64,000 nt of DNA from Tubulanus polymorphus (lineage: Eukaryota > Animalia > Nemertea), in the NCBI RefSeq assembly GCF_964204645.1, contig NC_134028.1, forward strand, positions 9,920,001 through 9,984,000, written 5' to 3'. Below the pieces are notes generated by a model. The model searched no databases. It saw nothing but the letters and a program-made list of their open reading frames with translations, and had not been told where the DNA came from. Shown one piece after another: positions 26,490 through 37,858 of the stretch. The first letter of the stretch is position 1, and every line of letters starts with the position of its first letter. Made by a program: the position numbers and the translations under genes.

Positions 26490-27867
26490 TTTTCCAAAAG
26501 CTTTCCATAATAATAAATTAATTAAATATAATATTCCAGCAATAGATTTTAATAAAGATATTACATATAGAAATGAAGTTTTAGATTCATTAACTAATTT
26601 ATATATTTATGTTACTGAAACTAATAATTTTAGTGCAAAGATGGAAAATATATTTCATGTATATTTAATTAATTTTAAAAAATTGAAAGATGAAAAACAA
26701 TGGTTATTAAAATCTAATATGAAGTATTGGCAGAATCAATTAAATTTTGCTGTTTATTGTGCAACAACAGGATGTGGAATTAGTTGGAATGATCATTTGT
26801 ATAATTCTAAATATAAATTAATTCAAAGTTTATTTAGATTTCATACATACTTTCAAATCAGAATATTATTAAATGAATTAGAGTGCGCTTTACCAGGATC
26901 AAGATATTTTAAAGAATTAGATAATAATATCAATTTATCTAAGTTTTATAAAATTTGCAATGAATTTAATATAGATATAAATAATTCTGATTTTAGAACA
27001 AAAATTGGAACAATAAGATCACTTCCTTGCCCTAAAAAGATTGCAGAATATTGTGCACTTCCCATACCATCTAATAGTTTTTATAATATCTATAATAATA
27101 AATTAGGTTATGGTAAAATAGAAACAAAGGATTTAGAAACATTAAATTTCAATAAATTACCGAAATTTTATGATAATTTAAAACAAGAAAACAATAATGG
27201 TTGGGTTTATTTTATTTTAGAAAATAGTGAAGGTTTTACTAAATCAGGTATAGAAAGAATAAATCAATCTATTAGAACTTATTTGATATGTATTCTAGGA
27301 TCACAAGTTGAAACAAGATCACCGATAATTGGAAATTTGAATACATCATTTGATACACAAAAACAGTTTAAAGTTTTATTTGAAGATTCAATTCATAATG
27401 ATAAAAATAGATCGATTCCAGAAAACATTATAAGATATCAAAATTATTTAGATAAATCTCATGTAAGACTTAATTATTGTATAGGCCCTAATCTATTAAT
27501 TATTTCTAATGATTTAGTATTAAAGATGGGAAATATAATTGGTTATAATAATCTAATTAAAACTGCAACAATAAATAATTCATTTGGATTGAATGATATA
27601 AATAAAAAGGTTATTACTGCTCCAAAATTAATGGAAGGTGAAAAAAATAAAAAACACATTCAATCAACTGAAACTAAAACTAAGAATATTAAATTAAATA
27701 ATGATTCTAAAATAAAAGATTACAATACATCAGAAAATAATAGAACTGATAAAATTCAACATGATATAATTAAACTAAATGATGATATTAAATCCCATGA
27801 AAATACTAAATTAGCTATAACTTGTATAGGAATTGTAATCGGAGGAATATTATATTTTAAATTTTAA
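26479..27867 (+). CDS. Conserved Polinton protein of unknown function (462 aa, C-terminal TM)
   Basis: Intact ORF with YWQNQLNFAVYCATTGCGIS; close homologue at 63509->64000. Confidence 0.8.
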   Translation: MVDSFPKAFHNNKLIKYNIPAIDFNKDITYRNEVLDSLTNLYIYVTETNNFSAKMENIFHVYLINFKKLKDEKQWLLKSNMKYWQNQLNFAVYCATTGCGISWNDHLYNSKYKLIQSLFRFHTYFQIRILLNELECALPGSRYFKELDNNINLSKFYKICNEFNIDINNSDFRTKIGTIRSLPCPKKIAEYCALPIPSNSFYNIYNNKLGYGKIETKDLETLNFNKLPKFYDNLKQENNNGWVYFILENSEGFTKSGIERINQSIRTYLICILGSQVETRSPIIGNLNTSFDTQKQFKVLFEDSIHNDKNRSIPENIIRYQNYLDKSHVRLNYCIGPNLLIISNDLVLKMGNIIGYNNLIKTATINNSFGLNDINKKVITAPKLMEGEKNKKHIQSTETKTKNIKLNNDSKIKDYNTSENNRTDKIQHDIIKLNDDIKSHENTKLAITCIGIVIGGILYFKF

Positions 27868-27883
27868 TTTTTTTATTATGTAA

Positions 27884-29098
27884 ATGGATGTAGAAGGTGG
27901 AGAAGATTATGAAATGGGAGAAATGGGAAATAATAATGAAGGATATATTGATGATGATTATAATGATGCAGAAACTAATATTGATAATGATGATGAATCA
28001 GCATATAATTCTAATTTAACTACACCTCAATATATTGAGAAAACACGTTCAAAGATAAGTATTGAAAATGAAGTACCAGAAATAACAGAAAAAGAATACA
28101 ATTATAATGAAATTATTCATGAATTTAAACCAATATTAAAAAGATCTGGTTTCAATATAACAAATAAAGGCATGAATTATTTAGTAAAAGATTTAAAATA
28201 TTTAAATGGTGATTATTATTGGAAATTGAAAGGCGACTATTATTTTAAGATTTCAAATCTTAAAAGTAGCGATAAAATAATATCACAATCAACTTTTAAT
28301 TTATTTAAACCAGATAGAATTAAGAAAATCATTAATGATGTTATAACTGATGTTACATAAGAAGAAAGAGATGATAATATAAAAGAATTTAAACAAAGAA
28401 ATGCTAATTTTTGAAGATAATTAATGTAAATTTAAGACAAAAAAAATTCCTAAAGAAGTTATTAATTCCAAAACTAGTAAACCTAATTCAAGCGAAGTTC
28501 AAACTGAAAAACTTTTACCAAATGGATTACTTGATGCAACAGATCAACAATTAGAAGATTTAAATATATTTTCTGATAAAGCAATTAGAGAAATTATTAG
28601 TATAAGACTTGCATCTGATAAAATTGCACATGATAAAAGTATAAGAGATTTTAAGATTAGAACTTTAGAAAAAGAATTAACTGATAAAAATAAAGAAATA
28701 GAACAATTAAAGACTGATTTAGATCATCAAGTAATTGATGAAATAGAATATAAACAAAAAGAATTACGTTTAGAAAAAGAAATAGATGAACACATTGAAT
28801 GGTCTCGACAATTAGGAATTAAATCACAAGAATATAAAAAAGCTGTAAAAGAAAAAATAAGTAATAAAAATGTTAATAAAAATGGTGAAAATATTGTTAT
28901 TTCTACTCCTTCTGATAGTAGAATATTTGATAAATATTTATATTTTACAGTTGGATTTGTAATTGTATTCATTTTGATTGGGTGTAATTGGTATAAGAAA
29001 TCAAATAAAATTCATGATATTAGTAATTCTGAAACAACTGCTATCAAAAATGAAAATACTTCTGAAATTCCAAAATTAATAATAAAAAAAATGGATTA
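27884..29098 (+). pseudogene. Deletion-fused remnant: N-part of the acidic/coiled-coil gene joined to the C-part of the small TM gene
   Basis: 27884-28785 matches 63486-62600; from ~28794 matches 52425-52123. Confidence 0.8.
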
Positions 29099-29459
29099 AT
29101 ATTTTAGAAAAAAAGCAAAAAAAATAATTGAATATCTCACTACTTTTGTCTATCTATGTGGAGCAATTAAATTGTCCAGATAAATCATTTCGGATTCTAG
29201 ATATTCATTATCTTTATTAATTTATTTTGTTTTTATTTGAATATTTGAATTTGAATTTGTTAATCAATTAACATAGTAATTGATTACTAATTTGATTAAA
29301 AATTATATCATAATTAAGTTAAAAATACATAATTCATTTATCAGTTTTCATTCTTACATTCTTTTCATTCGGAATAATTTATAATTTCAAATTTCACATA
29401 TTTTTTTAGCACCAACAACATTTACTTAGGTGTTTTAGCTAAGTATATAAGGCAATTCA

Positions 29460-29740
29460 TTCAACCACTGGAGTAGCTCTGGCCAGCAGAGGCATTTTGA
29501 AAATGCACCTTCGTCCACTCTCCGGGTTTCTCCTTCGGTTTCGAATTTCGAGATTGGTAGAAATTACATTAGGCGCCTTTAATATAATGTGATTTCTACC
29601 AATCATTGAAGGAGATCCCGGTTGACGTGGGTCGCCGGGGGTGTAAGTAGAAATGACTGGGGATAAGCGTCCCGTGGCGCCTTTCAATAATGGGATGCTT
29701 ATCCCCTGAAAACTCTGTAGGTCGAGGATAGGGCAATTTT
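29460..29740 (+). ncRNA. Candidate structured non-coding RNA (long rod plus two GGCGCC-loop hairpins)
   Basis: Hairpins 29552-29604 and 29659-29706; outer stem 29504-29645; covariation with copy C; G-U pairs on this strand only. Ends approximate. Confidence 0.6.
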
Positions 29741-30080
29741 GCTAAAACTTACTGTAAAAACATTGAAATATTCCTTTTAATCACGAGAGAATGATGACTA
29801 TCCTCCTGTCGTCACGGCCGAGCTAATTTAAATAAACCTCGTTTTCAGCAACTAATGAAAACGCAGTAGTTCAATACCGGCTAACTGGCTTGTGTGTGTT
29901 GTATGTACTGCGTGCTTATTATATAACAACAACGTTGTGCAACACCTGTTTAATTGATCAATATTCAAATGAAGCACTCTCTTATAATAATATGTAACAG
30001 ATGTACTGTATGATTGTAGTTGTTTATAAAACGACTAAGGTCATTTTGGATTCTAGATATTCATTATTTTTATTTTTTAT

Positions 30081-30407
30081 TCAATCAACAATTTCTAAAT
30101 CATGATGACCGTCTTCATTTTTCCCATGATATATTATTTTAAATCCTACTAAATCTTTAAATTCCTCCGTACTCAATGAAACCCATTTATCGGGTAAAAA
30201 CACTTTAAATTCTCGCGATGTACTAACATTACAGTAGCTTAAATTAGCTGATACTTTCTCTCCATATTTAGTTTTTATCTTTTCTAATTTCAATATTTTA
30301 TGTTCAATTTCTTTTGTAACATCAACTAACTTTTTTATTTCAAATTGTTTTTTTGCTGGTTTTATTCTGTTATTTATTGTTGCTAAGAATGCTTTTCTAT
30401 CTCCCAT
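30081..30407 (-). CDS. Subterminal 108-aa Polinton protein
   Basis: Start codon lies inside the TIR; copies at 47996 (frameshifted) and 50854. Confidence 0.75.
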   Translation of the reverse strand: MGDRKAFLATINNRIKPAKKQFEIKKLVDVTKEIEHKILKLEKIKTKYGEKVSANLSYCNVSTSREFKVFLPDKWVSLSTEEFKDLVGFKIIYHGKNEDGHHDLEIVD

Positions 30408-30493
30408 TTATAAGGAAAAAAAATTTCTTGTGGTGATGAGTGTTTGACCTCCGACCTCTGATCTGAAACCCACATCTTCTAATTACTTCGGTA

Positions 30494-33400
30494 TTATACT
30501 AATGATGAACAATTGTATCCCGGTACCTGGTATTCAATCATCGCATATTATGTTGCAAATGCAAATGCTTAACAAACCTTTTGATTTCAGAATGTGCCCT
30601 TATGGCATTGTCTTTCACTATGAACTTCAGAAGTTAATCGCTAATCGAAGATTTTGGAAAAACAAGGTACCATTAATACTCGGGATTGTTGTTCTGCTTA
30701 TTTTAGAATAGGGTTTGTGGATTTCCTTGATTTGTTTAGGCCTATGCATTATTTTACTGGTCATTTACCTAATGCTGACTGTTATTACATAAGACAATTA
30801 CAATTTCTAATGTTTTCTTACATTCAGAGATTACACAAGATGCAGAAGGCGAAAGGAGATGATCAGGTAATTATAGAAATCATTGTACTTTACGTATGTC
30901 AGTAATGCAATATTATCTACCAGTTTTTATTTAATTTTTCCTATTTTTTCTTGCATTGCAGTTGATTTGGAGACCGAAAATATTTGAAGATAACATAGGA
31001 TCATCACCATCACATGTAAGAACCGTTTTCACAGCGTTTATTTGCTATTTACTGTTAATCTATTATTAGATAATTGAATTTTTCTGTGTTTAATTTTGAT
31101 CAGCAATTGGTCACATTGTAAAGGTCCATGACAGAGTGTGAGTTATTACTGTACTCTTAACATCATTTATGTGTCGAATCATATCAACAATTGTACCACC
31201 GTATTAATAATTTCAGAAAATCAGAAATGCAATTGAATTTGTGATATGATTCCTGTATGAAAGATCCTCTTAATTTCAGCTCCCCAGATTTCCGAAGCGG
31301 AGGGTTGCCACAAAATACAGTCAGGAATATGGATCGGCAAGCTGAATCTACTCACAGAAATTCTTGTACTGGTGGGGGATATGATCGTCAAGACCTTTAA
31401 AAGCAGTACATTCCAGCAACCAAGCATTCTGAGAGTGCACAATTCGTTAGTTGTAGGTGTGATAGCACGGATCCTGACCGTTGCAAGTATATGCCGGATC
31501 AGGCACAAATTAGTATAATTAGAAACACCCTGCAACAAAAGCTCGAAACTGATTAAAACATATATGTCTTACTTGACTATGGGTGTTTTACGATTCAAGG
31601 TATTGATAGGTTTAACATGTTACATAAACTTAAAAGAGAAAAATTGTCGTATGTAAATGAAAGTGAATGGTTTCTTGATAAAAATTTTAATATACAAAAT
31701 GCTCTTTCTCCTATCGATGAAAATTCAATATGTATGTTTGAATCCATAATAAGGGAACATAAGTCCACTGAATCCTATAGTATTTTAGAATCTGATGTAT
31801 CAGTTGAGGACTTGACTAGTCTTACCTGTGACCATTGATATAATTCAACTATTATGCTTCTTTTCAAATCACTTATAAATAGAAGCTAAAGAACACGTTC
31901 ATGTCTACTACATGCTAAAATCGTTTATGCCATCTTTGTTTGCTGAAAAAATTATCAAAGAATTTGGACAAAATCTATTGGAAAAATGTAACTCCTTGAT
32001 ATTTTGCATGTTGGGAGACTACCTGGTAGTAAAACCTATTTAAATAAAGCAAATATTAATTGTAAAACTGAAGTTGGCAACCATTTTGCTTTAGCTGTTT
32101 ATTCTTGTTGAGAGTCAGACTCTTACCTATGTTGACACGTGATGGCCATGATAGTTCGGCCATGATAGTTCCAGTAATAACTCAGCAAAACAGCATGTTT
32201 GTAATGAAAACTGCTCTCCTTATTACCCTTGGCATACATGTGGTAATTTTTGGGGCATGTTTAGCGGCTAGTAACCTAGAGATCTTTCAGTCACTGACCA
32301 ATAAAGAATTTTCGAGTGATTGTGTCAGTGGATATCTTTATTTGAGAAACATTAGTCATTATTCACATTTTTTAAGACTTGTGTTGATTGATTGGCTTAT
32401 GACTTGTGAAATTGACTTGAATAAACTCTATGATACAAACCTGCAATCATCTCAAATACCGGGGGTAACCAATGTTAATGATATACATGTTATAGTTCCT
32501 AGTGACAACTCGAGGGCCCCATTTTCAATTTTGCATGATTTATCTAGTGATAAAGAACCTGAAATATGCAGTAATAGTTTGAACACTGATGAGTTAGATT
32601 GTACAAAAACTACTGGTGTATCAAAATGTTTTGAAGGCAATTCAGAGGGATGTTCTCCGGCGCGCACAATAACTAATTTGAACAAATGGATTGAAATATT
32701 CAACATACCAAAAAAAATTGTTGCATGTTTTTCAAAAAATCCAGAGGTTTCATTCCATTAAAAATTTACATAACTACAATTACGTATGTATATTGGGACT
32801 TCATCTCTTATTTTTCTTGTAATCATCAGGGCAAAGAAGATAAAAATGCTATTTCTCGTATCAAAGAGTTTTTTTCTTCATCAGAATGTGAAGAAAAGGT
32901 TTTGAACTGTTTCAGAAAATTCAAAGTGCCTGCCACTTTACTAGATGACATAAATGAGAAAAATATTACTGATTTTATCCATGGTACCCCAAAGACAATA
33001 ACTAGTAAAAAGCATGTTCTCCTCCGCTGTTAATTAAAGAATGGGCAAACTGTTGTAAAATAATTTCCGATATCTGATAACAATCCTAAAGGAGCACTGG
33101 AAAAAGCTGTTGCATTTCAATCGGACCCTAACTTTCCTTCATGGCTGATATCAAAACTTCACGAGCGGATGGCGAAGTAGCAGTTGGTTCAGAATGTCAA
33201 AAGTATTTCGATAATTTCAGATTTGATTTTACTAAAAGATTGATAATTTCTAAGAATATCCAGTTTATACACTCAACTTCTACATTGAAGTTCTCTGTGG
33301 CAGAACACGCTAATTGGGGTAGAACACATAGATTTGATGAAACCTATCAATTTGTGGAGCAACGTGAACCAAATAATATTCCTGCTGTAATCATGCATAT

Positions 33401-36400
33401 AAATTGTTCCTCAGAATCATCCCAATGCCGTTCTGTTTGTGGAGAACTTCTTTCTAGAATATCATCTGATATTTCGCAATTAAAATGCCCTAAATGTAGC
33501 GAGACACTAATACCTATTGAAAATATATGTTATCATTGTGCAACGCATCTTTCGCCCAGGTGGTATAAACTCGAGGGCATTTCAACTTGCAATGCATGTC
33601 ATCTGCATGTTAAGCGTTATGGTAAACCTAGATCTGCTGATCTGCGAACTAAATCTAAACATGAAAAATTAACTAGTTCGCATTTAAAATGTAGTTGGAA
33701 ATTGAAACTTGTATTATATACTGGTCAAATGGATGTATGGAAAAAGACAATCGTAAGTTTCATTCTGAACATGCAGTGCAAGAAAAACGAATGCGACCTT
33801 CCCCTACTATCCGTGACATGTGGGACTTCCAAAGGTCAATGCATCATAGTACAGCTAAGCAGATATTTACTACTACTAATAGACTACAGACAACACATTT
33901 TGAAGGTCCAAAAGCATCTCAGTACCATCACTTCGCAAATTAACCAAAGAATTAGATTAAACTGATAAACGCGTTATCAAAGAAGCAATCAAAGTAGAAG
34001 AGGAAATTCCATTTGGTGGTTCAGATTGGAGAACTGTTGAAAACATTGTTGAAACAAATTACGAATCCTGCTTATTTTTCCAGAGAGGAAATAAGGATAT
34101 TAATAGAGATTACTTAATCGTACTTAGTAAGCCAGCCTGCCTGTTTTATATTAGAAAATATGGTTCAAATGTGCTTGGTATTAATGTCAAACATGATTTT
34201 ATGTCAGTACGGTTTAAAACATGTTTTATTACTTTTTGTGATGAAAAAAAATAGTGGTGGGGTTGCCATATCTAACAAGGAGGATCAATGTTTTATGCTA
34301 CAGCAATTCAGGTTCTTCTTGCAAATGTACCTTGTTCTAGTGATACATGTACACATCCATCCAAACTTTTTGTTTTCAATGATGGTAATGGTTTTATACA
34401 GATACGAGATTGCGCTCGTCATGATCCCATAAGTCCTGCTTTTCAACATGATAAAGATGATGCAACAAGTGCTGCTTTGGATGAATGTAATTTATCATCA
34501 ATTTTATGTAATTTTCATTCATTACAAGCCTTCAGGCGCCATTTAAATGAAGGTCATCAACTTAAACTATTAATGAGACCCCTAGAAACTGCATTTAAAG
34601 GTGTGATGCGAGCGTGGGATTACAATTCTCAAAAAGTCCTTGAACAGCATTTTCGAAACTTTGTTAACAAAGTAATTCCTGACTCTGTTATATCAAATGA
34701 AACCAGAAATAGTTTGTTATCATACATAGATACTTATTGGTTTAATTCATCGTGGTCTACTTCCTTTACTACTACAACCTTATATGACACTGTTCCATGT
34801 GACCGCCGTAATCCATTGCTCTTGACAGATAATGTAACTGAGAGGAAATTTAGAGATCTGGATGATACATATTTTGGTGGTCATCTAAATCGTTTGATGT
34901 CCACCCTCCTTATTAAATTAGTAGATGCTGTAATTGATGATGACTTACTTTCCTGTAAAAATAACATGGCCAGTAATCTTGATCTCTTTTCAACAAGTAG
35001 TAATTCGCCTGTTTGTCGAAAAGGGAAAAAGTCATTTAAGATACAAAAGGAAATTGCAAAGATAGAAAGGGCATTATGTATTATAAAAGAAGGCCTTCTT
35101 TACTATTTTGATATTGAAAGTGGCTGGGGACTGGTCGAAAGTAGCAATTCTGGGAATAATTTGCTCGGACAACTAAGCGAGTCATAATTGACTGAGAGTT
35201 ACCATGATGACCCTGACATACTTGAAGATATTTGTCCGAAACAACGTTTAAGTCAGTGTCCAAATATCCATGAAACTAATGAAAATATCATTAAAGATCA
35301 TCCTTATGATATAATATCGAAATGTAAAAATTTGTTACTTCACCTTGACCAACAAGCTAGAAAATCTTTTTATGATAGTATTTTGGACATTATTCCGGAA
35401 GATCTGCAAGATAAGATCAGAAGACCTTATACCCATCTTGCCAATATTAAACTTGGTATATGCACTTGTGCAGCTTTTATCGTCAAAGGACAACCCTATT
35501 TTTGCAAGCACCTTTATGCTCTGTTCGCTAAAAACAACAATTATGATGATCCTCCCTCCATTTTAGAAAATTCATTGTCTTTTCTGCCTTCCAACAATGC
35601 ACAATGTACTAGTGACCATCGTTCCAATGTGAATTTTACTCGAGCTGAAGGAATATTAAATCACTGTGACTTAGTTAGTGACTATAGAAAACGTGGGCGT
35701 ATTTTAAAAGTCTTACATACAGAACCCACAACTTTGAAATTTCCTGTAGGTAAATAAGCAAACAGAGCACCACACAACTTTGGCCCTCGGCAATACACCG
35801 AGCCTTATAGTACCTGAGAAACCTTTAGAGTTTGATCCTTACCGTTCATTAGTTATATTTCCTGATAATGCTAAAGAACGCCACGGTGGAAGGAAACGTA
35901 GCAGACTTGCTGGACGTCCAAAAATTTCAGGCAATAGCGAAAAAGGCCTTAGCATCTCTCGGACATAATTTGTTAACCCAAACTCAAAATTCTCCTGAAA
36001 AATTTGATTTTCACAATATTCACATTGAAAATTCCGTAGATGAATCATATGATCATAATAATAATGAAGATAATTCTGAAATTCTTAATCCCCCCAAATC
36101 TGAAGCTGAAAACAAACTCATAGTAAATGAAGATAATCAAAAGCATTTGAAGAAGAAAAAAAACTGATCAAAGTGTTTTTCTCAAACCAATTTTATGTGG
36201 TGCATGTCTTGTGGGTAACGTTGTACCACCATACTGCTGCACAAAGCAAACAGAACTAATAAAACATATGGCAGAAAAACATCATGTTCCATTACCAGTT
36301 TGCTCTATGTGTTGGTCTAAACATGGTTCCCTTCATCAATATACCAATGAAGCCCAGCTTCAGCGACATATCAAGCAAGTTCACAGGAACTACACCAATA

Positions 36401-36700
36401 ATAATACAAATAATAGAATAAGTAATGCTACCGATGAAGATAATGATGATGATGATTTCATTTCTATTTTAAACACCCCTTCCCTGGTGACTGAAAACAA
36501 AAGTAATTCTGGTAAACGATTAACTTTAGGGGCATTTAAAAAGGTTGATAGTGTAAATGTTGAAGAAGACCTTGAGACTTTGACAAAAGGGAACCCTGGT
36601 CTTCCGAATCGGGCAATGTTAAAACATAATAAAATTGCAAAGAAAATGAGATCTCAGCCAGAGCCGTTGCCATCCATGTTTTTTTAAACTAATAAATATG
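30494..36700 (+). pseudogene. Decayed MULE/Mutator-like transposase locus with Ulp1-like, GATA-finger, DDE and SWIM remnants
   Basis: GNHFALAVY..TYVDT..YP..TCGN (~32070-32255); CYHC-x16-CNAC (33528-33634); HDKDDA, CNFHSLQA, TDNVTERKF; SWIM CTC..CKH (35461-35515). Element ends not found. Confidence 0.7.
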
Positions 36701-37858
36701 GGATGTTTAATTGTCATATCTAGCTACGGTAGATACTTTTCTCATTGATTATTAGTACATATCACACAAATCCGCATATACGCTAGAATTCATACTATTA
36801 GCAAATAACACTTAGAATCGCAATTTGCTCATTTTGTAATAGTTCCGAAATCGTCAAATTTCATTGCAGAGATTCCCCGATATATCACGAGTAATGAAAC
36901 AGATATCACGTTTAAACGTAGATTTTTCTTTTATTTTGAAATCCATAGAGCAAACATTTATAGGAACCTAATGTTATTGAACATAAAGCTCCCGACCCTC
37001 CCTGCATTTAAATCCAATTCCGACTATAATAGGCTTTTTATCATGATGTAATATAGCTTGTGCAACAGGACGTCACTCAGTCATTACGTTAATTGTGAGG
37101 TGTTTATACATAATAGTTTTATGAGCAATTCATATGGTGGGATCGTAATCGGGAAAGATCTGCCTAAAACACTTTAGCGCCTTAAGGAGTTTTGAGCTTC
37201 TTGATAAAATTCCCCGAAAATAATTCAAAATCGCCCTATCCAATATCTAAAGGCCATTCAAAGCAATATATTTTGTCAATTCTTTTTGAATTTATTCATA
37301 ATTAATAACATATTCTAAATAGTAATGATTTCATTATTAGGAATCTGATCTAGGCTAATATATTTCTAGTTGTAAAACGTAGCTGTCGGATCTACGAGCA
37401 ATTATCTAATTAATGAGATGATTGCTCGTATGTTGGATGGATGGACATATTGGTGTGTACCGGTCTACAGTGTCTTTAATCAAAGATTCCATTTGTTATC
37501 TGTCGTATTTTTATGAAAGAGCACAACCAGAAATATAAACCTCTATACAGGGTACAAATCAGAAGTTAAAACTAGGACCATGGCTAATTTGGAAACATAA
37601 AGGGAAGATTTCTCTCATCACTCATGACCCACATAAGCCGGGATCACATAAGCCGCCACACGGAGACGATTTGGCCCGGGCCAAACTGGCCGCGATCAGG
37701 CTCGGGCCAAATTTGGCCCGTGCCTAATTAGAGAGCGCGTTCACACGCAAACTATTCACTCGATACTAAACAATGCTCAAACAAAGCGAAGTGGATCATT
37801 TCCGCCCCGGTGCTAGTTGCAATTCAAACGCAGTCATTTGTCTGGTGCCAAAATTAGG

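Larger units (their letters stand above)
17758..30487 (+). mobile_element. Polinton/Maverick copy B (12.7 kb, internally deleted)
   Basis: ~85-bp TIRs starting AGTAATTAGAAGATG (17758-17842, 30403-30487); 6-bp TSD TCGGTA (17752-17757, 30488-30493); pPolB and penton. Confidence 0.96.

Noticed and set aside
17758-30487. Free virus or prophage contig
   Set aside because: TSD, nested eukaryotic TEs and pseudogenisation show chromosomal integration
33528-33634. Functional link between the GATA finger and the TGATAA-rich satellite
   Set aside because: Different elements; a short AT-rich motif; nothing beyond proximity
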